Below are positions 1 to 12,100 of a stretch of DNA of 64,000 bases, in pieces. Position 1 is the first letter of the stretch. Every line of letters begins with the position of its first letter. The stretch is taken from NCBI GenBank assembly GCA_964016885.1, contig OZ024745.1, positions 117,304,001 through 117,368,000 on the forward strand, written 5' to 3'. The notes below the pieces were generated by a model. It searched no databases and was not told where the DNA came from. It saw only the letters and a list, made by a program, of their open reading frames with translations. The translations under genes and the position numbers were made by a program. Origin of the DNA: Eledone cirrhosa. Its lineage: Eukaryota.

Positions 1-204
1 ACATTATAAATTGTTTATAGTTCTTACAGAATGAAAATATAAACATATATAATAAATACAATTAATAATTGTTATTTAACAATTGATTATCTAGATAGAT
101 TTCTCTTTAAAATATCCTTAATTTATTGTCAGATTGATTTCTTTTCTGGAATTGAGATTGACGTTCAATTATTTCTCAGTATGGAAGGGATAAGAATATT
201 ATTA

Positions 205-345
205 AAAATCCCGCCGAGGTTAACTTTGCCTTTCATCCCTACGAGGTCGATAAAATAAAGTACCAGTCACGTACTGAGGTCGATTTAATCGATTTTCCCT
301 CTGCCCAACATTGCTGGCCTTGTGCCAAAAGTAGAAGCAATTATT
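205..345 (+). mobile_element. SINE group A (tRNA-derived), 5'-truncated copy
   Basis: Shares aatcccgccgaggttaactttgcctttcatcc..gtcgataaaataagtaccag..gctggccttgtgcc..aagtagaa with the other copies. Confidence 0.8.
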
Positions 346-1659
346 GAATATTTATCACATCACTTTATTTACTGACAAAGTAAATTATTTTAGATTATCA
401 GCTAGCTTCTGACTAACCGAATATCCGAGATGATCGATATTCCTTTAGAAAGGCTTTGATGTTTTTCACTCAGATTTTATCGGTTACGAAATTTGTACAT
501 GTAATATGAACTCTAGTTTAGTGATTCAGGTTTTCTATTAAAATTCCCGACTGATCGACTATTATTTGTGTTTATATTTTCATTCTGTAAGAAGTATTCT
601 CTAAGTATTGTATATATTTATGTATTTATCCAATATACAAAACCTCAATGTCACGAAAAGCCATTGACATTATATATAAATTTGAAAAAATGAGCAGTAG
701 CTAATAAACTTTTAAAATGTATTTGAGATATTTTATTCATCATAGTTGTATAACTAACATTACAAATATGTTTTAAATATATACATAAATAACATTACAA
801 ATGCATAAAATACACTATAAATTGCCCGCAATTCGTTCAGAAGAACAAATGTCGTTGATAAACACAAATATATATCTATCTAGGGCGGGTAAAATTCCCG
901 AGATTTCTTTTCAATGGCTGATAATACCTCACCGGCGCCACTCGAATAAGGTAATTATTTAACCCATAAATGGGGCCAGAGCAGACCTGGGAGTGATAAC
1001 AACTATGGGGTAAATCCCACATTCCTCACAGTTCCCCAAGCTGTGGGGAATCTGGGATTTACCCCCGAACTGGAGCCTTGCCACTGGATGCAGTTTAATG
1101 TCATACCCAGGACACAAACACAAATGTAAATGGATAAAAGAGAGGAAAAAAAAGGAGGTGGGGCAAAAACAAAAACGACCACCAAGTGCTACAATATAAA
1201 GGGTTAACTCAACACTTTGAGGCAAGCCACTACTCTCACAGCATTACCGCAGCTAAACGGCTGAAATAACCAGGCATCACCTCACACCTCGGTAAGGCGA
1301 GCCGCCAGTGATTACAAGATCTTCGCTGTCACCGGTCCAACTCTTCCAAACCTCTCCAACATCATAGGCTGGAAAAATAGTTATTTGATAGTTCCTGGTT
1401 TTTTAATTTGGTTCGAAAAATAAGACATTTTAGCCTTCTCTTTTAATGCGTTAAAATCTTTTTAGCATATTTGGCGGCCCAACTCCACCAAACGTTTCGA
1501 AAATCATAGGCGGAGAAAAATTAATTGCTGGATAAATCTAAGTGTTTATTAAAATAACATTCCAAATATACGTTAATAACATTATAAATTGCTCACAATT
1601 CGTTCAGAAGAACATTACAAATATAATGTTGATAAAAAGAGAGAAAAATAAGGTGGGGG

Positions 1660-1847
1660 AGGCTATATTGGCAGTATCGGTAGAGGGTCGGACGCCATGC
1701 TTTTCAGCATAGTTACGTCCCTTTACGGTCAGAGTTCAAATCCCGCCGAGGTTGACTTTGCCTTTCATCCTTACGGGGTCGATAAAATAAAGTACCAGTA
1801 ATGCACTGGGTAATTGCTGGCCTTGTGCCTAAAGTAGAAACAATTAT
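1660..1847 (+). mobile_element. SINE group A
   Basis: A-box-like tggcagtatcggt, B box gagttcaaatccc, conserved central domain. Confidence 0.85.
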
Positions 1848-2112
1848 TAACAATTTGTCATGTTTATACACTTTGAATAAAATATTTCCTTCAAGTTCTA
1901 TAAAACAAGCTCTACAAACAAAAATACTATTGTCTAAACTCATTGTTTATGATTTTATACTTTTTATTGAAGTATTTTAACTGTACGTAATATTACTTAT
2001 AATTTATGAAAGAAATAATGCTTAGGTAAAATTTTACATGTGATAAATACTTGGCGACAGTTGATATATTATATAATAGGACATGGATGGATGGTATAGG
2101 AAGGAAATTTAA

Positions 2113-2285
2113 CTGGTACAAGGCCAGCAAATACCTAGTGCATTACTGGTACTTTTATTTTATCGACCCCGTAAGGATGAAAGGCAAAGTTAACCTCGGC
2201 GGGATTTGAACTCAGAATGGCAAGGGCCGTAACTCTATGCGTCAAAGCATGGCGTCCGACCCTCTACCGATACTGCCAATCTACC
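2113..2285 (-). mobile_element. SINE group A with 20-bp target site duplication
   Basis: Reverse copy flanked by ggtataggaaggaaatttaa at 2093 and 2286. Confidence 0.9.
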
Positions 2286-3559
2286 GGTATAGGAAGGAAA
2301 TTTAATGAAACCGAATGATCCAAGCATGTAGGTGGATATGATAAAGGAGTAATAGCAAAATATTACACATTAATTAAATTAATTATAAACACCATCTTAA
2401 TGTAGCGGAAACCTTTTAAACATTATGCATATTGATTAGTGTTCATGATCTTATGATAAATTTCCCTTATTAAGTAAGAATATCTTTTTTTTGTCTTCTT
2501 CGCTCACTTATTCCTGAGAGGGTCGTGGAGGCAGTCCTCAAACACTCCTTCCAGTGGGTCCTGTCAGAAGCAACTGATCCGGCTGGAACCCAAAGCTTGA
2601 CCAGCTAAGCTCATGTTATCCAACCATCTTGCTCAAGGTCCATTCCTGGGTCCTCTGTCGGTTCGTTTTACCCGTAAAATCTGTCCAGCGATTTTTTCCT
2701 GAGATATTCTAACTACATGGCCATAGTATCGGAGCTGTGATCTCTCAATGCGGAGAAATAGTGGATCTACCTGGAGTGACTGATCTCCAAGCTACACACT
2801 CTATCTGTTTTTTTTGTAATTTAAAAAATTGCATTCGCTTCCTCTCTTTTTACGAGACTCCAATCTAATGAAATATTCTTCGGTGATGATCGACAAATGT
2901 GTGTATGAATGTATGTTCACAGAGCCTCGTTAATAAAGCATTATATCGAATGTGTTCCCGTAGACCGCATTTAAGGAGATGCTGGCTCGAACCGCATATG
3001 AAATATTACTATATAGTATATATATTTTTCTGTCGTGCACAAGGGTAATTAATTTGATTGAATAATTCAATGAAAACAAATCTATAGACTGCCTTTTGTC
3101 GTTACTAGCTTACCTTTTGTCGTTACTAGCTTACCTTCGGCGGCAATTTTGCTCATTATGTGCACAGTTAAAAATATAATTAACGATAAAGAGGAATGAA
3201 AAACTAAACTTCGTTATCTTGAATTACCGAAACAAATAAGGCTAAATTTATAGAACACCCTCTCGGTTTCAGTGGGAAATACATTTTTTTTCTCATTTTA
3301 TTTTCCCCCGGAAAATGCAGTGAGGGTGGGGTGCCTTCCTCTGGATCACCCTAATACTAACACAATCCTTAACCCTAGCCCTATCCTTCACTGCTATTAA
3401 ACAAAAGCCAATATTTATTTCTGGTGACATCAATTTCAACTTATTTGTGTACGAAACAGATCCAAAAAAAAAATATCGTCAGTTATTTTATGCCTTCCAC
3501 CACTAAAAAAAAAAAAGCCCTTTCATTGACAACAAATCTTTATTCTTTAATTTAAGTTA

Positions 3560-6500
3560 TAATCAGGATGTTTAATCTGGCATCTTACAACAAAAATCAG
3601 TGATCATTACCGATTTTCTTAGTAATAAGGGATATTCAGTGCAGCCATAAAAATCTATTGAAGAAAATAATGGTTAAAAAGAGTATATTTACAAGAAAAT
3701 TTAAATCTTTTCAACAAGATCAAAGAATGTAATTGGACGTCTCTCATCAACACATGTGACCCATAAAAGAAAGAATTGGTGAAAGAAAAGTCTATTTTGA
3801 ATAAATGGACGACTGCAGGAATTTTGCGTAGTTCTTCTAACAGAAAACAAAGGTGAAAATTACTGGAATTTAATTATTTTCTGAAGAGTTGTATAAATAA
3901 CATTGCAAATAATTAAAAAAAGCGAAGGGAAAGGTGAAAAAAAATTAAAAAAACACACAAGTAGGTAATACACACATCTAGGACCATATACAACCAAAGG
4001 CAGGTGAAAGAGATGGACAGATGAATCGTTACCAGAGCAAAAGATAATATTGCAAGGAGCACTGGAAAACCTCTCTAATAATTTTTGAGGCAAGCCAGCA
4101 TGCTCGCAGTGTTACCTCGGGTGATGGCAAGGCTGATGTGCTGGAACAGCCAGGTGCCCTCACAAGCATCACTAGTTACCTCTGTTAGGCGAGCCGCCAG
4201 TGAATATAAGAACCTCGTAGTCAGTGGCCCGACTCCCCCAAACGTCTTGAATGCCACAGGCTGGAAAATGTAGTTAGCTGACAGAACACGGTATTTCAGG
4301 ATTTTGTTCCGTTCGGCTGCGGAACTTGTAGCTCCCGCCATGACTGCTGCATCCAGGTTGTGGGAAGAAGCAAAAGAGTCGCTGATTATAACGTCCCTGA
4401 TAAGGCATGTACCTCTTAACCAGAAGCACAGGGTAAGACCGTCAGGTCTTTTCCCATCAATTCTGGACAATCTAGATGGTTCCAAAATTGAGGGGATGTT
4501 TGCCCAGACATCGGCTCCTACTCTGAGGACAATGGAGACATGAAGCTCAAAGTTGAGTAGGCCACCAGTGTTATCCACGGATAGGACATCAACCTAATCG
4601 CCTGAGTATTTGCCACTAGCAGACAATAAGTGGCACCTTGAGAACTGATCAGACTGGTTGAAGAGAGAGTCAAAGGTGGCCTTCGAATGTATGCTGTCCT
4701 AAGCTCTCTGACTTCGACTGTCCCCCACCTTGTCAAGAACAGACAAGCCTAGCTCACTCCATCATAGAAGAACTTCATCCAACTCCATGCTGGAAAGGAG
4801 AGGATGTTGCTCACCAGGGTGGAGGAAAGGAAGCCAGGGAGAGAGGGATGAACATTTACAAAAACCAAGACCACCAAATCACTTGGGCAACACAGCCTGA
4901 TCATGGGATTCTGGAGAGAGTCTGACATTGACCAAGTACTCAAATCTCTTGAAGATTAGGTGATCAAAGCGTTGGAGACATGATGAAACAAATGTACTTG
5001 AAATACATAAAAAATAAAACTCCTGAGAATGAGGAAAGGTACAAAAAATGTGCTAAAATTTTTGACGCATTAAAAGAGAAAGCTAAAATGTCTTATTTTT
5101 TAAGCAAATAAAAAAATTGGGAACTATCAAATAACTATTTTCCAGCCTGTGGTGTTCAAGACAGCAAAGTTCATGTCATGTCATCGCTGGCGGCTCGCCT
5201 TACTGAAGTATCAGGTGATGCCCATAAGGGTGCCTGGTTGTTTCAGCGTCTTAGCCTCACCATCACCCATGGTAATGCTTGCCTCAAAATTTTCCGTTGA
5301 CCTTTGTGCGGCCGATTGTTGCACTTGGTGGTGAATCGATGGTTCTTTTTGTTTGTTTTTTTCTTTTTCTCTCGTTTTGATCATATATTTTTGTACGTTA
5401 AATTTGTAAGGTTCCTAGCAATAATTAATTGTATTTATTATATATGTATATAATTGTGTTTATATTTTCATTCTGTAAGAATTATTAACAATTTATAATG
5501 TTATTTATACAACTTGAAAATTATTTTAAAAAAAAGTAACTATTACCATACAAAAGGTGGCACTTTAGAAGTAAACAAATTACAAATAAACAAGGTAAAG
5601 AACATAATTAAAAAACAAATTAAATGTTAAAAAAATGTCAATCATGACAACAATAATTTCTAAAAACAAGTCTGGTAGTAATTATCTGAATTGCATATCA
5701 ACAAATGGTGAAAAGGTTTACAAGAAGAAGTTGTTGAGGAATTCAACAAATTTTTTACCATTGTTGGTCTAAATCTTGCGTCAATAAAAACTTCCTTGAA
5801 TTTTTAAAAAGACCAATTTTTTACTCAAAATGAATCCAGTTATGGGATAAAGAATTGAAGAATGCATTCACTCATCTGAAGACAAACTGCCTGGTTATGA
5901 CTCCTTGAGCACAAAGTTTGTTAAAATTGCAAATTAATGAATAAAAGTCCCATTACCACATGTCTTTAATACTTCATTTGCATGTGGAGTATTTCCGGTT
6001 AAAATGAAAATAGCGAAAGCCATGCATGCCGCTTTTAAAATCAGAAGTAAAGATAGAAGCTGGTAATTATCAACCAATATCTTCTCTAAATTGCTGGAGA
6101 GACTCATGCATTCTCATCTTTACAACTTTGAGAATAATAATCTTTTGTATTCTAAACAGTTTGGTTTTCGAAAGAATTCCGGTGTAGACTATGGGCTGAT
6201 AGGACTCATTACTGACACCACAACAGCTATGTCAAATAAATGTGTTACACTTGGAGTTTTCATCAACCTCAGTAAATATTTCGACACTGTTGATCATAGA
6301 ATACTCATAGAAAAAACTTGAAAATTATGGAGTTACTAGGAAAGAACCATCATTGTTCAGTTTGTGCAAATTGTTGACACTGAATCTGAATATAAACTAG
6401 TGTCTTGCAGTGTTCCTTGAGGTTTAATATTAGGTCCCCTCCTTTTTCTTATATATATCAAAGATATGTACCATGCAGTTCCACTTCTAAATGTTATCAT

Positions 6501-7300
6501 GTTTACTGATGATACAAATCTTTTCTTAGCTTGTAAAGACTGCCACATGTTATTCAAAGAGATGAACAACCAATTATCACCAATTATCACTCATAAACTG
6601 GTATTCAACAAATAAGCTTTCTCTGAACATAGATAAAAATAAGTACACTCTATTCTGTCCATCAGCTAATCACAATGATCTGCCTTTACAACCTCCAAAA
6701 CTTCATTTGGGCTCAGAAGAAGGTCCAGTTATATAGTTTCTGAGAATCCTTATTGACGAAAATTTGAATTGGAAATTGTACATTTAAGTTATAGAATCAA
6801 AACTATTGGCACAAATTAGAACAATCTGTAGTTTTGGACAACAAAACGATGAAAATGTTATATTTTTCTTTGTTAATTCATATTTAATATATGGTAACCT
6901 AGCTTGGGGTAGTATCAAGATAAAATTAAGTAAATTTATACTTTACAAAAATATGCAGTCAGGATTATATCAGAAGCCCCCACTCTTGGTCTTTAATGCT
7001 TGATAATAAAATACTAAACATTGATGAGATAAATTTAGCTGCTCACTTAAGACTAATGTTAAAAGTTTATCACAAATTTACACTAAAATGCATTCAAGAA
7101 AAATTTATAAAGAATATTCACAAATATCGGCAACATTCGAAAGTAATTGTCATGCTAGCATGGAAGAATGGACGTAAAACGGTGATGATGATGATGATAC
7201 CATAACAAAATTTTATAAATTCCACTACCCCTATCATGGACCGTTTGCAAAGATGCAATGCTTCCAGACTCAAAAGAATATATTAAAAAGATGCTGTTGA
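3560..7300 (+). mobile_element. Degenerate L2/CR1-group LINE interrupted by CRE-like fragments
   Basis: SDH..F endonuclease end near 3600; RT motifs YQPIS, LERLMHSHLYNF, QFGFRK, GVFINLSKYFDTVDH, VP*GLILGPLLFLIYI, FTDDT; many stops and frameshifts. Confidence 0.8.
3950..4740 (-). mobile_element. Non-LTR retrotransposon 3' fragment with restriction-like endonuclease (CRE-like)
   Basis: ORF 4075-4578 has EP..L.R.DGKRPDGLTL...DV...A..AERNKILKY....YIFQPVAFKTFGG..ISLAITRGNTAS, the PD-(D/E)xK RLE C-terminus. Related scraps at about 905-960, 1220-1530, 5135-5340 and 23870-24010. Confidence 0.8.
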
Positions 7301-7579
7301 GTAATCAACCTGTTTATAGTAAAGACCTATCATTTTTAGTAACATTAAAAATATATTTCAAAATTTGTAAATAAAATAAAAAATGACTGCATAAAGTGCT
7401 CATTTACAGGCCACCATACTCACTAGGCTGATTAACACATTCTCAATAATGAACCACTTCATTCCATTCCTCAGAACATTTTATTCTCTTTGTAAATAGT
7501 GTGTCAAACATTTTTCTTTTATGCACCTTTATTATAGTGAAATAAATGATAAAAAAAAAAGCCTCACTGCCTCTTCATT

Positions 7580-8295
7580 GTCATCATCATCATCATACGT
7601 CTGCTTTTTCCTGCTTGCAAGGGTGGGACAGGTCCTCTGAAGCACAGTATCATCTCTCCATTCGTCACGGTCCCTCGTCATCTCCTCTGTGAGCTTCAGC
7701 GATCTAAGGTCAGTTCTCACCACCTCCGCCCATGTTTTTCATGGTCTTTCTCTACTGTGTTTTCTTTCCACCGGGATTTCTTGGCACTTCTTAACCCAGC
7801 GGTCTTCTTCCATGCGCATCACATGGCCATACTAACGCAGTCTTCTCACCTGCACACTACAGTTTATCCCTCATACACTCTCAACTCATCTTTGCTTGGT
7901 TGTTCTCACACATTGACATTGCACATCCATCGGAGAATGCTTGCTTCATTTCTCTCCAGCCACCACATATCCTCGGCAGTTGCTGCCCATGTCTCACTAC
8001 CATGCAGCATCGTGCATCTCACACAGGGAGAAACCCTTCGTTGTCAACAGAGGAAGCAGCTCCCTAAACCTCTTCCATCCTGTCCTTATTCTAGATACTA
8101 TGGCCTCGGAGCTGATACTTCTATCAAATTTCCCTGAACATCTACCACATATGAAGTTTTCCCTTCCTGTTAATTTGCCTGCTATCCCACTACACCTCTT
8201 GTGTACCCAAGATCTGCATTGTATACATTCTATAGAGTTTATGCCAACGCCTTTTATACATATTGAACATGGCCATTTCCCTGATGGAATTAGAG
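7580..8295 (-). mobile_element. RTE LINE 3' fragment
   Basis: Homologous to 55490-56270; (TCA)n tail. Confidence 0.85.
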
Positions 8296-8409
8296 TTTTC
8301 TGGAAAAAAAATGTCTATTGCGAGATTAGTTGATGGCACATGAAAATAATTATTTCCCAATGAAATCGAGAGAGGTGTTTTTTTTATAATAATACCCAAA
8401 TAATGTTCA

Positions 8410-8720
8410 TGAAGGCGTGTGGCTTGGGGGTTAGGTTGTTCAATTCACGGTTATGAGTTCAATTCCTGGTGGTATGTTGTGTTGTGTCCTTGAACAAGAT
8501 ACTTTATTTCACATTGCTCTAGTTCACTCAGCTGATAAAAATGAGTTGTACCTGTAGTTCAAAGGGCCAACCTTGTCACACACTCTGTCCTGCTGAATCT
8601 CCCTGAGAGCTATATTAAAGGTTCACATGTCTGTGGAATTCTCAGGCACATGTTAATTTCATAAACATGCGGGATATTGTTGTTTGAAAAACTATAACAC
8701 TCATTGTTGGAAGCAACAAA
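8410..8720 (+). mobile_element. Older SINE group B copy (others near 14030-14290 and 51530-51770)
   Basis: tRNA-like head gagttcaattcc and tgtgtccttgaacaagatacttta core. Confidence 0.7.
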
Positions 8721-9006
8721 GGCCCAACTCCTTAGAGACTTTGTTTCACCCTTCTGAGCTCTGCTATTTACACCAGATAATTAACCTCACAAGATAAAGC
8801 AGGCTCCTCGATTGGTAGCGAAATTGATGAACATGGTCAATACCAGAACACTAATATTTTCATAGGAATCTTAAATCTCAGCTTTGAAATAAATATCATT
8901 TTTGTTATTTGAACTATTGTATTTTTGAAATAATTTTAACATTTCTTTCCTTGAAATGATATAATTATGGTTTCTTTGCAGATAATTTGCAGCAGATACT
9001 TTTAGA

Positions 9007-9162
9007 ATGATGTCAATAAGTGTTTCAGATAATCCTTTAGATTACCTGGAAGAAAGGATGATTGACAAACTTTTCACAAATTGTGATGAAGACAATAGTG
9101 GCAAAGTCTCCATTAATAAATTGTTAAGTTATCTTAAACAGTTAACATGTAATAACCCTGTT
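9007..9162 (+). CDS. Coding exon 1: MMSISVSDNPLDYLEERMIDKLFTNCDEDNSGKVSINKLLSYLKQLTCNNPV (EF-hand 1)
   Basis: Acceptor tttctttgcag at 8971-8981 (implies an upstream non-coding exon), ATG at 9007, donor gtgagt at 9163, EF loop DEDNSGKVS. Confidence 0.9.
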
Positions 9163-12100
9163 GTGAGTAAAATGTTCCATCTTTCACTTTTTTTGCGGTC
9201 TTGTCGGCGGGGCACAGCCCCTATACCGACATTCCCTAAGCCTAGAGCCCCCCCCCTCCTATTCTTCTGTGACCCTAGAGCCCTTGCCTTTCCCTTTCTT
9301 TTCCATTTCCATTTTCATAATCACAAAAGATATTTTCATTAATATAAGTTTTCTTTTCATTATGATTATAATTTTAGCTGATTAAAATTATTTTCAATTA
9401 AGATTTAGCAGATGTTAAATTAGTTTGTTGATAGTAAAAAAAATATAGAAAAAAGTGTCTCACTTTGAAACCCTCTGCTACCAAAATAAGGTTTTACTGT
9501 TTACAAAAATTCTTACCACAATGCCATTTCTGCTCTTTACTAATCAAGTATTTGAATAACAAACTTTTCTTCTCTAGTTTCAGTACTTTCACTACTTTCT
9601 ACAGTATTTGCATCTGAATTATATATACTTCATATACTCGAATATAAATTGACACCACTATTTTGTGTCTGAGAAATGGGCAAAAATCCAAACCCTATGT
9701 ATAAACCGACGTACCTAATCAACACATGTTTAGATGTCACAGTTTTGAAATTCTCATGAGTAGAGAATATATTTATGAAGTTTTTATTTTTAATATTGAA
9801 AATGTTTTAAGTGTTGTTTAGAGTATAGTTTTTGATTCTTAACTCCGATATGTAACACAAACTTAAAAAAACCCGACAACCATCTGATCACCTATAGATC
9901 GGGAGCATTCTAGTCAGATAGATTTTATCCTCATCAGAGGACGTGACAGATGGACGGTCGTAAACAGAAAAGCCCTCCCTAGTGAGGAATGTACCTCCCA
10001 ACATAACTTAGTTGTCAGCGACCTCACAGTCAGAACTACACGAACCTGGAGAAGAAAGATCTGGAAGCTGAAAGACTCCTCTGCCAGTAACAGATTTAAA
10101 GATTATTAGAAATGTAAGCTATCGCCGTATTTTACCCCACTATCAGGCTAAATAATTTCTTTAATTTCTTTAGTCAAAATACGGCGATAGCTTACATTTC
10201 TAATAATTTCAAACCAACTCGCTGTTTCAAAAATATCCTTACTTGAGATTTAAAGATATTTTACTCGACGCCTATGACAGTAAAGAAGAACAGATAGAGA
10301 CATTCAATGTAGAAGAGCACTGGGAGTTCCTAAAAAATAACTTACTAAAGGCGACGGATGAGATCTGTGGCTGGAGTAAGACCACAGGCAGGAGGAGAGT
10401 GACTTGGTGGAACAATAAGGTAGATGAAGCAGTTATGGCCAAGGGACAGGCATGGAAAGAATGGAAGAACGGGGGGAGCAGGGTACATTACATAGAGACC
10501 AGGAGGGAAGCAGAGGATAGAAAATTCAAGCATGTTTTGCAACATGAAGACCAGAAACAGGAGGTGTTCAAGATTATGAGGCAGTGTGTCAGAGAGAAGT
10601 GTATCCGGAATGATAAAGGTGAGCTTGCCCTCATAAGTGCTGAGAAGAAAGATGCGTGGAAGAGCCATTATGAAAGATTATTAAATGAGGAGAATGCATG
10701 GGAAGAAAAGACCCTACCCCAAGTAGACCCTATAGAGGGGCCAGCAGTACAAGTCAGCAGCAGCGTAGTAAGTAAGGCAATCAAAGATATGAAGACGGGG
10801 AAGGCAACCGGTCCATCGGGTATAGCTGCCGAGATGCTGAAGGCATCTGGTTCAGTAGGTCACACTATAACCACACGTATTGTTAACCAGGTAATACTAG
10901 GTGTCATACCAAAGGATTGGTGCAGCAGCATCATTGTCAACTGCTACAAGGGTAAAGGTGATGCACTAGATAGAGGTATAAAGCTGATGGACCAGGTCAT
11001 GAAAGTAACAGAAAGAGTTATAGCACAGTTGATTAGGGACTGGGTGAAACTAGATAAGATGCAATTTGGGTTTGTGCCAGGAAGAGGCACCACTGATGCA
11101 CTCTTCCTTGTAAGGCAGTTACAGGAAAAGTACCTAGCTAAAAGTAAGCCGCTCTATCTGGCATTCGTTGATCTCGAGAAAGCCTTTGACAGAGTTCCCA
11201 GTTCTATAATCTGGTGGGCTCTTAGAAAACTAGGAGTAGATGAATGGCTTGTGAAAGCTGTACAAACCATGTATAGGGGATCAGTCAGCAAAGTTAGGAT
11301 TAGCAATCACTATTGTAAGGAATTTAGCATACAGGTCGGTGTCCACCAGGGCTCTGTTCTTAGCCCTCTCCTGTTCATTATAGTATTGCAGGCAATAACG
11401 GAGGAGTTTAAGACCGGATGCCCATGGGAACTCTTGTATGCAGCTGACCTCGCACTTATAGCTGAATCTATGGTAGAACTAGAGAAGAAATTCCAAACTT
11501 GGAAGCAGGGACTAGAAAGAAAGGGTCTCAAAGTCAACCCTACAAAGACTAAGGTCCTTGTAAGTAGACAAGAAAACAGAACCCAGATCCCCTCAGGGAA
11601 ATGGCCTTGCTCAGTATGTAGGAAAGGTAGGTAGGAACTCCTTTCTCTGCCCCAAATGCAAACAATGGGTACACAAGAGATGTAGTGGGATCTCAGGAAG
11701 CTTAACTAAGAATGTAGGCTTCACATGTAGCAGCTGTGTTGGGACAGCAAACAGCCACAGGAAACAAGTACCACCAAACTCCGGGAGGGCTCTGTAGAAA
11801 CAGTAGACAGCTTCTGCTACCTAGGTGACCGAATTAACAGAGGAGGTGGGTGTTTGGAAAGTTCAGGGAGCTACTGCCACTGCTAGCTGCAAAAGGCTTT
11901 TGTCTCAAAATGAAAGGCAGACTGTATGATGCGTGTATACGAACAGCAATGTTACATGTTGAGAGACCTGGGCACTGTGTGTAGAAGACTTGTGTAGATT
12001 AGAAAGAAACAAAGCCTGCATGCTCCGATGGATGTATAATAGTAATATATGCGAACGGCAAAGCATAAACGAATTGAGAGAGACTGAGCATAAGAGGAAT

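Noticed and set aside
9163-9342. C-terminal part of the 111-aa ORF 9007-9342
   Set aside because: Read-through into the intron past the gtgagt donor; the EF-hand continues in exon 2.
10243-11634. 463-aa ORF as an active reverse transcriptase or host gene
   Set aside because: YADD is mutated to YAAD, there are internal deletions, and the start derives from an insertion; a dead RTE copy.
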